Origin: Acidobacteriota bacterium
GTDB taxonomy: Bacteria > Acidobacteriota > UBA890 > WLXD01
Direction of reading: 5' to 3'
DNA: 64,000 nt
Assembly (NCBI GenBank): GCA_965205505.1
Contig: CBDBHB010000009.1
Coordinates: 832,001-896,000, forward strand
The first letter of the stretch is position 1, and each line of letters begins with the position of its first letter. A program made the position numbers and the translations under genes. The notes beneath the pieces are model-generated. The model saw only the letters and a list, made by a program, of their open reading frames with translations. It was not told where the DNA came from and searched no databases. Below are positions 37,329-47,084 of this stretch, piece after piece.

Positions 37329-38219
37329 ATGAGCTCGAACCAGGCAATGCGGCACGAGGCCTTCTTCTCCGGCGATAGTCCGTACGAAGTGCTGGTGCGC
37401 GGCAACGTGCTCCTGCACCGACAGGCAGAACAAGAGCTCGCCCGGCACCTGCACGCAGTACTCGAATCGCGACCGACAGAAGCCACGATCCGGGTGCTCG
37501 ACCTAGCTTCTGGTGGCGTTCCGTCCACCATGGCGACGGCGATGGAGCTGTTCCCAGAGCGGTTTTTCCGCTACACGGGCGTCGACATCAACAAGGGGCA
37601 AGTGGAGAAAGCGAGGCGGTTTCCGTTCGCCGACAACGTCGAGGCGGAAGTACTCGAGGGTAGCGCCTGGGACCTGCTGCCGTTGTCCTCCCGCGCCCCC
37701 TTCGACCTCATCTTCGTGGGGTTGAACTGGCATCACGGTACGCCAGAAGAGCTGTGGTTCATGGCGCGCCACGCTCATACCCTGCTCGCCGAAGACGGAC
37801 GGTTGGTCAACCACGACTGCTACCGGCCCGACGATGCACCGCACGTCGCCCGGCCGGAGACCGTCGACGAGGACGGAAGGTGCTGTGCTCTCGCGCTGGT
37901 GGAGCCCGCCTCGCTGGCCGCGGCGGGCGTGCCGCGGCTGAATGTCGAGGCGCTGCCGGCCGGAACGTCGACCGAGTGGCGCTCAGACCTGATCGCCCGT
38001 CTCGAGCGCGGCTACCTCGATAGCGGCGGCAACGCGAGCGGCGCGCGCATCCTGACCGCGCACTCTTCGAGGCGTGACTTCCCGGTCTCGGTGGCCGATG
38101 CTCGTCGCATCCTGGAGGCGGCGGGCTTCGAGGTCGTCGCACATCGGTACGCCCTGGTCGATGGCCCGCTGGCCAAGTACCTGGCCATGCTGACAGCCTC
38201 GCCCAAGCGCGCTGACTGA
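37329..38219 (+). CDS. Class I SAM-dependent methyltransferase
   Basis: IRVLDLASGG, YTGVDI, FDLIFVGLNWHH and L..DGRLVNHD motifs. Confidence 0.8.
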   Translation: MSSNQAMRHEAFFSGDSPYEVLVRGNVLLHRQAEQELARHLHAVLESRPTEATIRVLDLASGGVPSTMATAMELFPERFFRYTGVDINKGQVEKARRFPFADNVEAEVLEGSAWDLLPLSSRAPFDLIFVGLNWHHGTPEELWFMARHAHTLLAEDGRLVNHDCYRPDDAPHVARPETVDEDGRCCALALVEPASLAAAGVPRLNVEALPAGTSTEWRSDLIARLERGYLDSGGNASGARILTAHSSRRDFPVSVADARRILEAAGFEVVAHRYALVDGPLAKYLAMLTASPKRAD

Positions 38220-38605
38220 CCGAGGCCCGGCGTCGGTGAGGTAGCAGGCCATTCTACGGTGTCGGTCGGGCACGGTGTTCGATCGTCACGATACCGTCGG
38301 GAACCTCGACGATCGCCGGCATCGAGGTGCGTCTCCTCCCCTCCACTTTGAGAGCCGCACTGAAGTAACGCCTCGAGGTATCGGCACATGACGGCGTAGC
38401 CGAGCCGGATGCGATCGATGTCGCGATCCACGTAGTTTGACCGGGTCTCGAGCATGAACCGGATAATGGTCGAAGCGAAATCTACCCGACGATGAGCGCG
38501 GCCCGCATGAAGATCTGGGAGGTGACGGCACTAGAATAGTGAGGTGCTCGTCGCTCCAGCGATACCGTTTAGCAGTGCCGGCTTCCATCAGAGCACCAAC
38601 ACACC

Positions 38606-39307
38606 ATGATCATCCTGCATCAATTCCCGCCCGCCTACGGGTCGCACTTCAGTGTCAGCCCCTTCGCCGCCAAGGTCGAGGCCTACATGCGGCTGGCCGG
38701 CATCGACTACGAGACTGCGCCCGGCGATCCGTTCAAGGCGCCCCTCGGCAAGATCCCCTACATCGGCATCGACGGTGAGCTGGTCGGTGATTCCGGCCTG
38801 ATTGTCGAGCGTCTGAAGCAGATCTACGGTGATCCCCTCGACGCGGGTTTGACCCGGACAGAGCAAGGGCTCGGTCATCTGGTTCGCCGGACGTTGGAGG
38901 AACATCTCTACTGGGCGCTCTTGCACTCACGTTTCGGGGATGAACGTTGCTGGCCGCAGCAGCGCGGTGCGGTGGCCGCCGCTTTGCCGCCGGCGCTACG
39001 CCCGATCCTGCCGACGATCGTGCGCCGAGGCATCAGGAAGGCGCTGAAGGCGCATGGGCTCGGCCGCCACGACCAGGCGCAGATCTACCGAGCGGGCATA
39101 CAAGACCTCGAGAGCTGTCTGGAGGTATTGGGAGCCAAGCCGTATCTGTTCGGCGACGAGCCCACGAGCTACGACTGCTCATTGTTCCCCATGGCGAATG
39201 CGGTCATGACTACGCCGACGAGCAATGCCTTAACGACCGGCGCGAAGGGAATGCCGGCACTCGTGGCGTACGTCGACCGCATGGCGGAGCGACTGGGGGC
39301 GCGCTGA
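38606..39307 (+). CDS. Glutathione S-transferase-like protein (metaxin/FAX-type)
   Basis: SPFAAKVEAYMRL, APLGKIPYI, GDSGLI, LEEHLYW and YLFGDEPTSYD motifs. Confidence 0.9.
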   Translation: MIILHQFPPAYGSHFSVSPFAAKVEAYMRLAGIDYETAPGDPFKAPLGKIPYIGIDGELVGDSGLIVERLKQIYGDPLDAGLTRTEQGLGHLVRRTLEEHLYWALLHSRFGDERCWPQQRGAVAAALPPALRPILPTIVRRGIRKALKAHGLGRHDQAQIYRAGIQDLESCLEVLGAKPYLFGDEPTSYDCSLFPMANAVMTTPTSNALTTGAKGMPALVAYVDRMAERLGAR

Positions 39308-39396
39308 CCCGGAGCTTCCAGCCTGAACTATGGTTGCGGGGGCTCGGGATGTTAGGTTCGAAGGCAACCAAGCCCCTGAGCGTTCGGAGCCGGATC

Positions 39397-40461
39397 ATGC
39401 GAAGCGCACTCGCCCGTGGTCTGCTGGGGCTCGGCGTCTTGATGTCGGCGGCAACGGCGATTGCCCAGCCGCAACACCAGGACCCAAGGCGACCGCAGCA
39501 GAGCGGAGCAGTTTTTGAAGTCGAGGCGATGGCGGCGGGTGTGCCGATCGAGCTCGACGCCTACGCGGAGTATCGTCGGGGCGGCACCTTCATCATCGAC
39601 GGTCAACGGGTGCGGGTCATCGCTGCCACAGTGATCGGCGGCGAAGTGCAGAACCCGAGCGAGATTGAGCTCGGCTTCGAGGCCAAGGTACAGGGACGTC
39701 GGCTCGAGACCGGGGTGATCGTCGCCGAGCGGATCGAGGCCAGGGAAAACGGCACGCAGTTGCTCGAGACGCAGGTGCGATCGGCCGGTCACGAGCTCGA
39801 GCGAGAGTGGTTGCAGGCGGGCCGTATGTACGACGGCGAGCGCACCATCGGGCAGATCGTTTCCTACGACGATCGTGTTCTTCGCGTGGAAAAGATCCTC
39901 GCCAAGCTCAAGCCCTCGTATTTGGTGCCCGGCGACGTGCGTGTGCATGTGGTCGAAACGCGCTTGTGGAATGCGTCGGCGATGGCCAACGGGTCGATCT
40001 GGATCTACACCGGGCTGATGGACGCCATCTCCGACGACGAGCTGGCGGTTATTGTCGGCCACGAGCTCGCCCACTACACCCACGAACATTCACGGCGCAG
40101 CGCCAAGTCGGGAATGTGGAAGCAGACCTTGGCCAACCTGGGCGCGGGCTTGCTGGGCGGTGCGCTTGCCGGCGGCACTGGCTCTAATGTGGCCAACGTG
40201 GCGGCGCTGATCGGTACTCAGGCCTGGACCAACGGGTACAGTCGCGAGCTCGAGGATCAGGCCGACCGGGTCGGTTTGCGCTACGCGTACGAGGCCGGCT
40301 ACGACGTCTATGCTGGGCCGATGCTCTGGGATCGCTTCCGCGAGCGCTTTGGCGAAGCCGACCCCGTTACCAACTTCATCCTCGGCACACACTCGCGTCC
40401 CACCGATCGCATCCTCAATATTCAGCGTGAGCTGCAGATCAACTACCGGGATGCCCGCTAG
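39397..40461 (+). CDS. Secreted M48 metalloprotease with N-terminal OB-like (DUF5666-type) domain
   Basis: NASA..NGSIWIYTGL, DELAVIVGHELAH, YSRELEDQAD and THSRP motifs; start set at ATG 39397. Confidence 0.88.
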   Translation: MRSALARGLLGLGVLMSAATAIAQPQHQDPRRPQQSGAVFEVEAMAAGVPIELDAYAEYRRGGTFIIDGQRVRVIAATVIGGEVQNPSEIELGFEAKVQGRRLETGVIVAERIEARENGTQLLETQVRSAGHELEREWLQAGRMYDGERTIGQIVSYDDRVLRVEKILAKLKPSYLVPGDVRVHVVETRLWNASAMANGSIWIYTGLMDAISDDELAVIVGHELAHYTHEHSRRSAKSGMWKQTLANLGAGLLGGALAGGTGSNVANVAALIGTQAWTNGYSRELEDQADRVGLRYAYEAGYDVYAGPMLWDRFRERFGEADPVTNFILGTHSRPTDRILNIQRELQINYRDAR

Positions 40462-40491
40462 CGCAGGCAGAAACTCCACCGCTGCGGCGGC

Positions 40492-42147
40492 TCACAGCGT
40501 GCCGCGGCGCTCGTCGAGCGTGGGGCGGTCGTCGTCGTTCGCCAGCTCCCAGCTGAGGCTGTGCACCAAGCGCACGATGCGCTCCATCTTGGGGTAGTTG
40601 ATCCGATCGGGCGTGTCGGTTTCGCGGTGGTAGTCGGGGTGCAGGCCGGTATGGAAGAACAGCGCGGGAACGCCGCTCTGCAGAAACGGCCACTGGTCGC
40701 TGCGACGCAACAGGTTCGAGGGGTTGTTGTCGTAGGCGAGCTCGAGATCCAGCCCGATGGAGGCGTTGGCTTCGATGACGCCGCTGCGCAGCCCGCCGCT
40801 GTACGTGTACGCCATGATGTGGACGCTGTTGGCGTTGTCCTCGGCGGTCTGTGGCTCGAGGCCGCGGAACCGGCCGCTGTCGTCGTCGGGCACCTCCTCG
40901 TTGCGGCCGATCATGTCCATGTTCAGGGCCGCGGCGGTGCGATCGAGCGGGAACAGCGGATTCTCGGTGTACGCCCAGGCACCCAACAGCCCGACCTCTT
41001 CCGAGTTCCACGCCGCAAACAGCACTGATCGTCGCGGCCGCTGTCCGGCCGCGGCGGCGAGCGCGTACGCTTCGGCGATCTCCAACACCCCGACGGTGCC
41101 AGAGCCGTCGTCGTCGGCGCCGTTGTAGATACGGTCGCCGTCGGCGCCGTCGTGGTCGTAATGGGCGCAGACGATGACCACCTCGTCGGCGAGCTCCGGG
41201 TCGGCACCGCGCATCAGCGCCACGACGTTACGATCTTGTACGCGGCGGCGCTCGATCGTCATCGTCATGTTGATGCGAGCATCCGGTATCTCGACGGTGA
41301 CCGCCCCGGCTCCCGACTCTGCCTCGCGAGAAAGCTCGCCGAGGCTACGTCCGCCGCCTGCAACCAGCCGCTCCGCCAGCGCTGCGGAGATGCGTGCCGC
41401 CGGGATGGTGACGCGATCGGTCCAGCTGGCGAGCAGGTAGCGCGTCCGGGTCGGGGGTACCCAGAGCCCGTCGTGAGCGCTCTGCAAGCTGGCCACTGGC
41501 TCGTGGTTGTGCACGTCGCCGACGAACAGGATTCCCACCGCGCCGCGTTCCTGGGCAGTGAGAGCCTTGCGCAGATCGCGCGACACTTCGGATCGCACCA
41601 GGCCGTCGAACGGGCTCTCGGCCTCGAGCTCGCCGGGCTCGTGATCGAACACGAGCACCACCTTGCCGGTGGCGTCCGCCTCAGCATAGTCATCGTACTC
41701 GAGCGACTCGGAGGCGATGCCGAAACCGGCGAGCAGCAGCTCGCCGCTACCGGAAGCGCTGGCGCTGAAGTTCATCGGGGTGACATCGACACCCATGCGC
41801 GCGACCGAGGCGCGGCCGTCGATCGTCGTGCTGAGACGATTGCTGGTGCCCAGGGTCGTGGTGATGAGCTCGAAGGGTTGATAGTAGGAGCCATCGGGCG
41901 CCGCCGGCTCGAGGCCCAGACGCTGGAAGCGCGCTTCGATGAACTCCGCTGCCAGCGCATTCTCCGGACTCTCGGGCCCGCGGCCGCGCATGCCGTCGCC
42001 GGCGAGAAACTCGAGGTCGGCGCGCAGGTCTTCCTGGCGAATCGTCTCGTTGCCCGGGATCGACGAACCATTCGGACTAGGCGCACAAGCGACCAGTGAA
42101 ACGGACACCAGAAACGCCGACAGAGCGGAAGCAGTGTGTTCGGTCAC
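40492..42147 (-). CDS. M28 peptidase with PA domain, lipoprotein
   Basis: CAHYDH, NGADDDGSG, SEEVGLLG, NMDMIGR, RSDQ and HPDYH motifs. Confidence 0.93.
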   Translation of the reverse strand: MTEHTASALSAFLVSVSLVACAPSPNGSSIPGNETIRQEDLRADLEFLAGDGMRGRGPESPENALAAEFIEARFQRLGLEPAAPDGSYYQPFELITTTLGTSNRLSTTIDGRASVARMGVDVTPMNFSASASGSGELLLAGFGIASESLEYDDYAEADATGKVVLVFDHEPGELEAESPFDGLVRSEVSRDLRKALTAQERGAVGILFVGDVHNHEPVASLQSAHDGLWVPPTRTRYLLASWTDRVTIPAARISAALAERLVAGGGRSLGELSREAESGAGAVTVEIPDARINMTMTIERRRVQDRNVVALMRGADPELADEVVIVCAHYDHDGADGDRIYNGADDDGSGTVGVLEIAEAYALAAAAGQRPRRSVLFAAWNSEEVGLLGAWAYTENPLFPLDRTAAALNMDMIGRNEEVPDDDSGRFRGLEPQTAEDNANSVHIMAYTYSGGLRSGVIEANASIGLDLELAYDNNPSNLLRRSDQWPFLQSGVPALFFHTGLHPDYHRETDTPDRINYPKMERIVRLVHSLSWELANDDDRPTLDERRGTL

Positions 42148-42237
42148 GTTCGCCGTCCTCCCGATCAGAGGGGAAGCTCGATTGCCCGGCGATGATGCAG
42201 TGAAACGACTGGCGATACCAGGGTGCTGCGGCTCAAG

Positions 42238-43419
42238 CTAGCTGTATCCGTGATATTCGCGCCGCTCGGGTGCTTCGTCAGGCTCGGGTGGGCTCCAACG
42301 TCCGGACTCGAAATCGAGCCAGCGCATCAACAGCGCCTCGCCGTAGGCCGGGCCAAGCTCGTCCATCAGGTCCCGCTCGCGCAGCTGCTCGACCAGAACT
42401 TCGACGTAGGTGTTGCGCCCCACGGTGATCAGCGCTGCGAGCCCGTCGTAGGCGGTTCGCAGGTCGTCGGCCGGAAAGCTCACCGTGTTGTCGACGTAGT
42501 CGATGCCCGGGACACCCTCGAGGATCTCCAGACTAGCGGGAGGTACGGCCCGCAGGGTGGCGCGGATCGGTGCGCTGACGCGCATCACGCCGGCGGTGGC
42601 GAGGTTCTCGACGGCGCGCTGGGCCGCAGCTGTCATCTCGGCATGAACTTCCTCGACGGGTCGTAGCTGCACCGACGAGGCGCTGGTGGCGGTCTTGACG
42701 GTCACGAACTCGATCCACGGCATGGTCTGGAGATCCGCCGCCAACCGATCGTCGCCCGATCCGAAGATCACCGGCACACCGAACCGACCCCACGACAGCG
42801 CCACCAGCTCGGTCTCGGTGATTGGGGCTCCGTTGATGATGATGTCCATACCCAGCGTGAAGGTGTGTGAGGCGAAGCCACCGCTGCCGGTCTTGGCGTG
42901 CATGCCGACGACGGCAACGGCGTCGTAGCTGGAGGTCTCGGGAACGTCGAAGTAGGTGTCGAATGGCGCGTCGCGCAGCATCTGCGAAGCGCGCGGATCG
43001 AGCAGGTCGGCACGGATGTCGGGATCCGGATTGCCGGAGCCGTGTCCATCGACGACGTGGACCTCGGTAGCTCCGCCGGCGAACAGTCCCTCGATCACCG
43101 CGTTCACGTCGGCGGCCAGCATCTCCTGACCGTGCGGATACTGTGGGTCGCCGAAGTCGAAGCTATGCCAGTCGTCCTGGCCCGCCAGGCCTTCCATGTC
43201 GTGGTGCACCAGGATGCGGATGCCGTCCGAGGTGTCCACCGCCGCGCTCTCGATCGTCCACGGCGCCGCGTCGTCGGCGGGCGATGCGCTCGGCGTCGCC
43301 GTCTGCTCGCCGCTAGGAGCGCCAGCGCAGCCAACAGCGGCCACGATCGTGGTGCAGACCAGCGCCGCTCGCACAACCGCCCGGTGATGAAGCCGGGTGA
43401 GGCCATCGGGACTCGACAT
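42238..43419 (-). CDS. M55 (DppA-like) D-aminopeptidase with lipoprotein signal
   Basis: HDMEG, VDGHG, GMHAK, SHT and SGDD motifs; AAVGC lipobox-like; start set at ATG 43419. Confidence 0.85.
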   Translation of the reverse strand: MSSPDGLTRLHHRAVVRAALVCTTIVAAVGCAGAPSGEQTATPSASPADDAAPWTIESAAVDTSDGIRILVHHDMEGLAGQDDWHSFDFGDPQYPHGQEMLAADVNAVIEGLFAGGATEVHVVDGHGSGNPDPDIRADLLDPRASQMLRDAPFDTYFDVPETSSYDAVAVVGMHAKTGSGGFASHTFTLGMDIIINGAPITETELVALSWGRFGVPVIFGSGDDRLAADLQTMPWIEFVTVKTATSASSVQLRPVEEVHAEMTAAAQRAVENLATAGVMRVSAPIRATLRAVPPASLEILEGVPGIDYVDNTVSFPADDLRTAYDGLAALITVGRNTYVEVLVEQLRERDLMDELGPAYGEALLMRWLDFESGRWSPPEPDEAPERREYHGYS

Positions 43420-43424
43420 CGCGG

Positions 43425-43814
43425 TTACTCCTTCGTGTGCGCCTCGAGCGACGCGCGGAAGCTCGTGCCCAACGTGCTCAGCCGTTCTTCGAGTCGTTCG
43501 GTGCAGTCGCAGTCGCTGCATGCCCAAGGCTCGGTGCCGTTCTTGTCACGGCACTGCTCGGCGTTGTGCGCGTCCTTGATCCGCTCGAGCTCGAAGTATT
43601 CCTCCCAGTACGGAATCTCCTCTTCGAGCGGCGTCGGACAATAGCAAACCTCGACCCAGCGCACGCTGCCGTCGTGTAGCTGGCGAGCGTCGGCCATGTT
43701 GCGCAGGTACTCGTCGCCGGCGACCGAGCCCCGCCCGAGGCTACGATCGGCGATCGCCGTGCGCAACGCCCGCGCGCGGCCTTCCTTCAGGCGGGCTCGA
43801 ACCAGATATCGCAT
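43425..43814 (-). CDS. Cys-rich hypothetical protein
   Basis: EVCYCPTPL…PYWEEYF…CRD…WACSDCDC; 5 bp from the M55 start. Confidence 0.75.
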   Translation of the reverse strand: MRYLVRARLKEGRARALRTAIADRSLGRGSVAGDEYLRNMADARQLHDGSVRWVEVCYCPTPLEEEIPYWEEYFELERIKDAHNAEQCRDKNGTEPWACSDCDCTERLEERLSTLGTSFRASLEAHTKE

Positions 43815-43959
43815 CAATCCGATTCTGGCACGCGCAGTTCGCCAGGCATACCGCCGAGCCGGCTACACGGCGGCTCGAGCTGGTATCGTCGTCCGACGAA
43901 ATAGATTTACCTGGAAACAGCCGATGCGCTTCGAGAACGGCCGGACCTCTGGAGAGCAA

Positions 43960-45387
43960 GTGAATAGGCAACAAGTTACGCCACACGGAAGAGCCTTCAT
44001 CCTGCTCTGTGCCGCAGTGAGCCTGGCTGCCGTGATGACTGGGCTGGCCGGACCCGACGGCCGGTTCACCAGCGTTGCTCACGCCACACCGAGCGCTTCG
44101 CAGCAGACGTCGATCGAAGGCACGCCGCAGTGGAGCCCCGAAGACAGGGGCAGCGATAATCTCGAGGTGGTGGCGCACCTCCCGTTGGGGGGTCGCCTCA
44201 CCGTCGCCGACATCGATATCGAGCAGGAGATCGATCGTCCGTATGCCTACGTGGGTCGCGTGGCGATCTTCGATGGTGAGCGTGGCACCGACATCATCGA
44301 TCTCAGCGACCCGGCCAATGCCTCGGTCTTGTACCGCTGGCGCATCGAGGACCAGGATCTGCACGTTGGACCGGGCGGCATGGACGTAAAGCACTTCAAG
44401 TGGAACGACCGCTACTACGTGGTGCAGTCGCTGCAGTTCGGGCAGGGTGGCCCGAACGCCGACCTGGGTGCGGTGGTGCTCGATGTGACCGATTTGCCAG
44501 ACGCGTCATCGGTGCGTGAGGCGGGACCTATCCGTGCTCCCGACCAGCCGGGAGGCTTCCACAACATCTTTGTGTACAAGCACACCAACGGACGCGTGTT
44601 GCTGTTCGCGACGGTGCGCGGACCGTACGCGCACGTCTACGACCTCGGCTACTTGGTCGACGGCGTGGGCGGGGAAGATGATCAGGACGCGCTCGTCGCT
44701 CAGGTCCCGGTGGGCTCCGAGAGCGACAGCCCGATGCGTGGCTACCACGACCTCTACGTCGGGTATCACCCCGACACCCAACAGGATCGCTTCTACGGTG
44801 GCGGTACGGGTGGCTACTACATCTACGACGTCACCGATCTGGAGAACCCACAACTGCAGATCTCGCTCGTCGGCATCGAGGGCGTGGAGTGGGGGCACAC
44901 GTTCACGCCCTCGCCGAACGGCCGTTACGTGGTGGGCGAGACCGAATATCGCTACGCGCCGCTTCGTATCTTCGATCTCAAGCCGGCGCTCGACGGCGAG
45001 ACCAGTGTGATCCGCCAGCCGATCTCCGCCTGGACCGCCGATTGGCGCCACCTGGTCCACAATCACGAGGTGCGTTGGCCCTACGTATTCGTCTCCGGCT
45101 ACGTCGACGGCCTGCAGATATTTACTCTGGCCGACCCGCAAAACCCGGCCACCGTTGCCTGGTACGACACCTATCTGGGTCCGCTCAATACCGACTTCAA
45201 CCCGGTATTCAACGGCGCCTTCGGCGTTGACGTGCGCAACGAAGACGGCCTCATCGTGGTGTCGGACTCGACCAGCGGATTCTGGGCCTTCCGCATGGAG
45301 GGGTTCCACGGCTGGAACGGGGCGGAGTGGGGGATGCCCGACGTTTCCAGCGCGCAGAAATGGGACGTGGGGCCGGGCGGCGAATAG
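43960..45387 (+). CDS. Secreted LVIVD-repeat-like beta-propeller with conserved His residues
   Basis: Repeats IIDLSDP, VLDVTD, IYDVTD, IFDL; His motifs FHNIF, YHD, WGHT, VHNH. Start 43924 or 43960. Confidence 0.8.
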   Translation: MNRQQVTPHGRAFILLCAAVSLAAVMTGLAGPDGRFTSVAHATPSASQQTSIEGTPQWSPEDRGSDNLEVVAHLPLGGRLTVADIDIEQEIDRPYAYVGRVAIFDGERGTDIIDLSDPANASVLYRWRIEDQDLHVGPGGMDVKHFKWNDRYYVVQSLQFGQGGPNADLGAVVLDVTDLPDASSVREAGPIRAPDQPGGFHNIFVYKHTNGRVLLFATVRGPYAHVYDLGYLVDGVGGEDDQDALVAQVPVGSESDSPMRGYHDLYVGYHPDTQQDRFYGGGTGGYYIYDVTDLENPQLQISLVGIEGVEWGHTFTPSPNGRYVVGETEYRYAPLRIFDLKPALDGETSVIRQPISAWTADWRHLVHNHEVRWPYVFVSGYVDGLQIFTLADPQNPATVAWYDTYLGPLNTDFNPVFNGAFGVDVRNEDGLIVVSDSTSGFWAFRMEGFHGWNGAEWGMPDVSSAQKWDVGPGGE

Positions 45388-45428
45388 TAGGGCTGCGCTC
45401 GAGTCGCGAAACGCCGCCGGTCCGCTAG

Positions 45429-47084
45429 TTACGCGGGTCCGAGCAGCAGGAAAGGTGTTACCTCCTTCTGGCGGCCCTTCACCTGCATCTTGGGTAACGG
45501 CTCGCAGCGGAAGAGCTTCTTCACGCGCTCATGCGTGCTCTCCCCGATAGCGATTTGCCCGGCGCTGGCGATCGTACTCTCGAGCCGGCTGGCGACGTTC
45601 ACCGTGTCGCCCACAACGGTGTAGTCACGTCGCTTCTGGGAGCCGATGTCGCCGACGATTGCGGGTCCGGTGTTCACCCCGATGCGCATGCTGACGCGCC
45701 GGTCCTCCGGTAGCTCGGAGTTGATGGCGTCGAGGGCTTCGGACATTTCCCACGCCGCCGCTACAGCACGCTCGGCGTGGTCAGGTTGGTCGAACGGCGC
45801 TCCGAAGAACGCCATCATGCCGTCGCCCATGAACTTGTCCAACGTGCCCTCATGAGTGAACACAACTCGGGTGAGCTGTTCGAAGATGGAGTTCAGGAGC
45901 CGCGCGGTGTCGGCGGGCGCCATCGACTCGGATAGTGCTGTGAAGTCGCAGAGGTCGGTGAACAGAACGCTGATGTCACGTTCCTCGGCCAACATCTCGC
46001 TGTACTCACCGAGCGACTTCAACCGCTCGATTACCGAGGGCGAGCTGTAGCGCTCGAGTCGGGAGCGAATCTCTAGCTGGTGGGCGATCTCCTCGCGATA
46101 GCGCGTTTGCCGGATGCCGATGGCGCCGAGCATTCCAAGGACCGTTACCAGACGAAGGTCGCGCTCGCCGAAACGCGAAGCGTTATCGCGGGTGTCCAAA
46201 TAGATCAATCCCTGGACCTGACCGTCATGCTCCATCGGCACGCATACGGCCGAGCGAATATCCATCCGCGCGATCGTGTCGCTGGCGGTGAAGCGGTCGT
46301 CGGCGTCCACCTCGCGGATCAGGAAGGCCTTGTGCTCCTGCACCGCCCCGGTGGCGATCTTGCGGCTGATGCGCAGCTCGTCGTCCCCCTCGAGGCCGCG
46401 CACGACGACAGGACGCAGCTCCGCGCCTTCCTCCTCGCATAGGGTGATGGCGCCGCGCTGGGCGGGTACGTTGTCGAACGCCAGTTGCATGATTTCTTCC
46501 AGAACTTTCTCTACGCTCACGACACCGAGCAGCGCCTCGGCGGCGCTGCTAAACAGCTCCAACACGTGGTGGGCACTCAGCGTCGATCTCGAGCTGACGC
46601 TGAGTCCTCCTGGCGAAGCCGCTGGCTCGGCGGCGGTCTTGTTGGCCGCATCGGCAGCACCGACCGCGTCCCGTGCGCCCATCTGGAGTAGCTGCAACAC
46701 GTCGGCCGAGGCGATGAACGTGCCTACTGACTCGTCCGGGTCGCGCTCGTCGAAGACGATTCCGCCGCCGGCGTCTTCTTCGATGCTGACGGTGAGCTCG
46801 TAGGTGTGAACGGTCACGATGTCTCCGTCGGACAGCAGTCCCGGCTGGCGAAGTTCCTCGCCGTTGACGGCCGTGCCGTTGGTGCTGCCCAGGTCTTTGA
46901 TCGTCCGCTTGCCACCGTCGTGCTTCAGGCGCGCGTGATGCCGCGAAACCTCCGAGTCCTCGATCACGAGGCGACACTCCGCAGCGCGCCCGATCTCGGC
47001 GCCGCTCGGCGGCACCGTCACTTCGAAGGTATCGCCATCGATGGCGTAACGAAGCGTCAGTTTGGTCTTGGCATCCTCAGTCAC
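45429..47084 (-). CDS. FHA-GAF-class III adenylate cyclase
   Basis: FHA IGR…VSRHHA…DLGSTNGT; GAF IRSAVCVP…GLIYLD; cyclase LFTDL, DKFMGDG, DYTVVGDTVNVASR. GTG 47084 overlaps the upstream stop. Confidence 0.92.
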   Translation of the reverse strand: MTEDAKTKLTLRYAIDGDTFEVTVPPSGAEIGRAAECRLVIEDSEVSRHHARLKHDGGKRTIKDLGSTNGTAVNGEELRQPGLLSDGDIVTVHTYELTVSIEEDAGGGIVFDERDPDESVGTFIASADVLQLLQMGARDAVGAADAANKTAAEPAASPGGLSVSSRSTLSAHHVLELFSSAAEALLGVVSVEKVLEEIMQLAFDNVPAQRGAITLCEEEGAELRPVVVRGLEGDDELRISRKIATGAVQEHKAFLIREVDADDRFTASDTIARMDIRSAVCVPMEHDGQVQGLIYLDTRDNASRFGERDLRLVTVLGMLGAIGIRQTRYREEIAHQLEIRSRLERYSSPSVIERLKSLGEYSEMLAEERDISVLFTDLCDFTALSESMAPADTARLLNSIFEQLTRVVFTHEGTLDKFMGDGMMAFFGAPFDQPDHAERAVAAAWEMSEALDAINSELPEDRRVSMRIGVNTGPAIVGDIGSQKRRDYTVVGDTVNVASRLESTIASAGQIAIGESTHERVKKLFRCEPLPKMQVKGRQKEVTPFLLLGPA

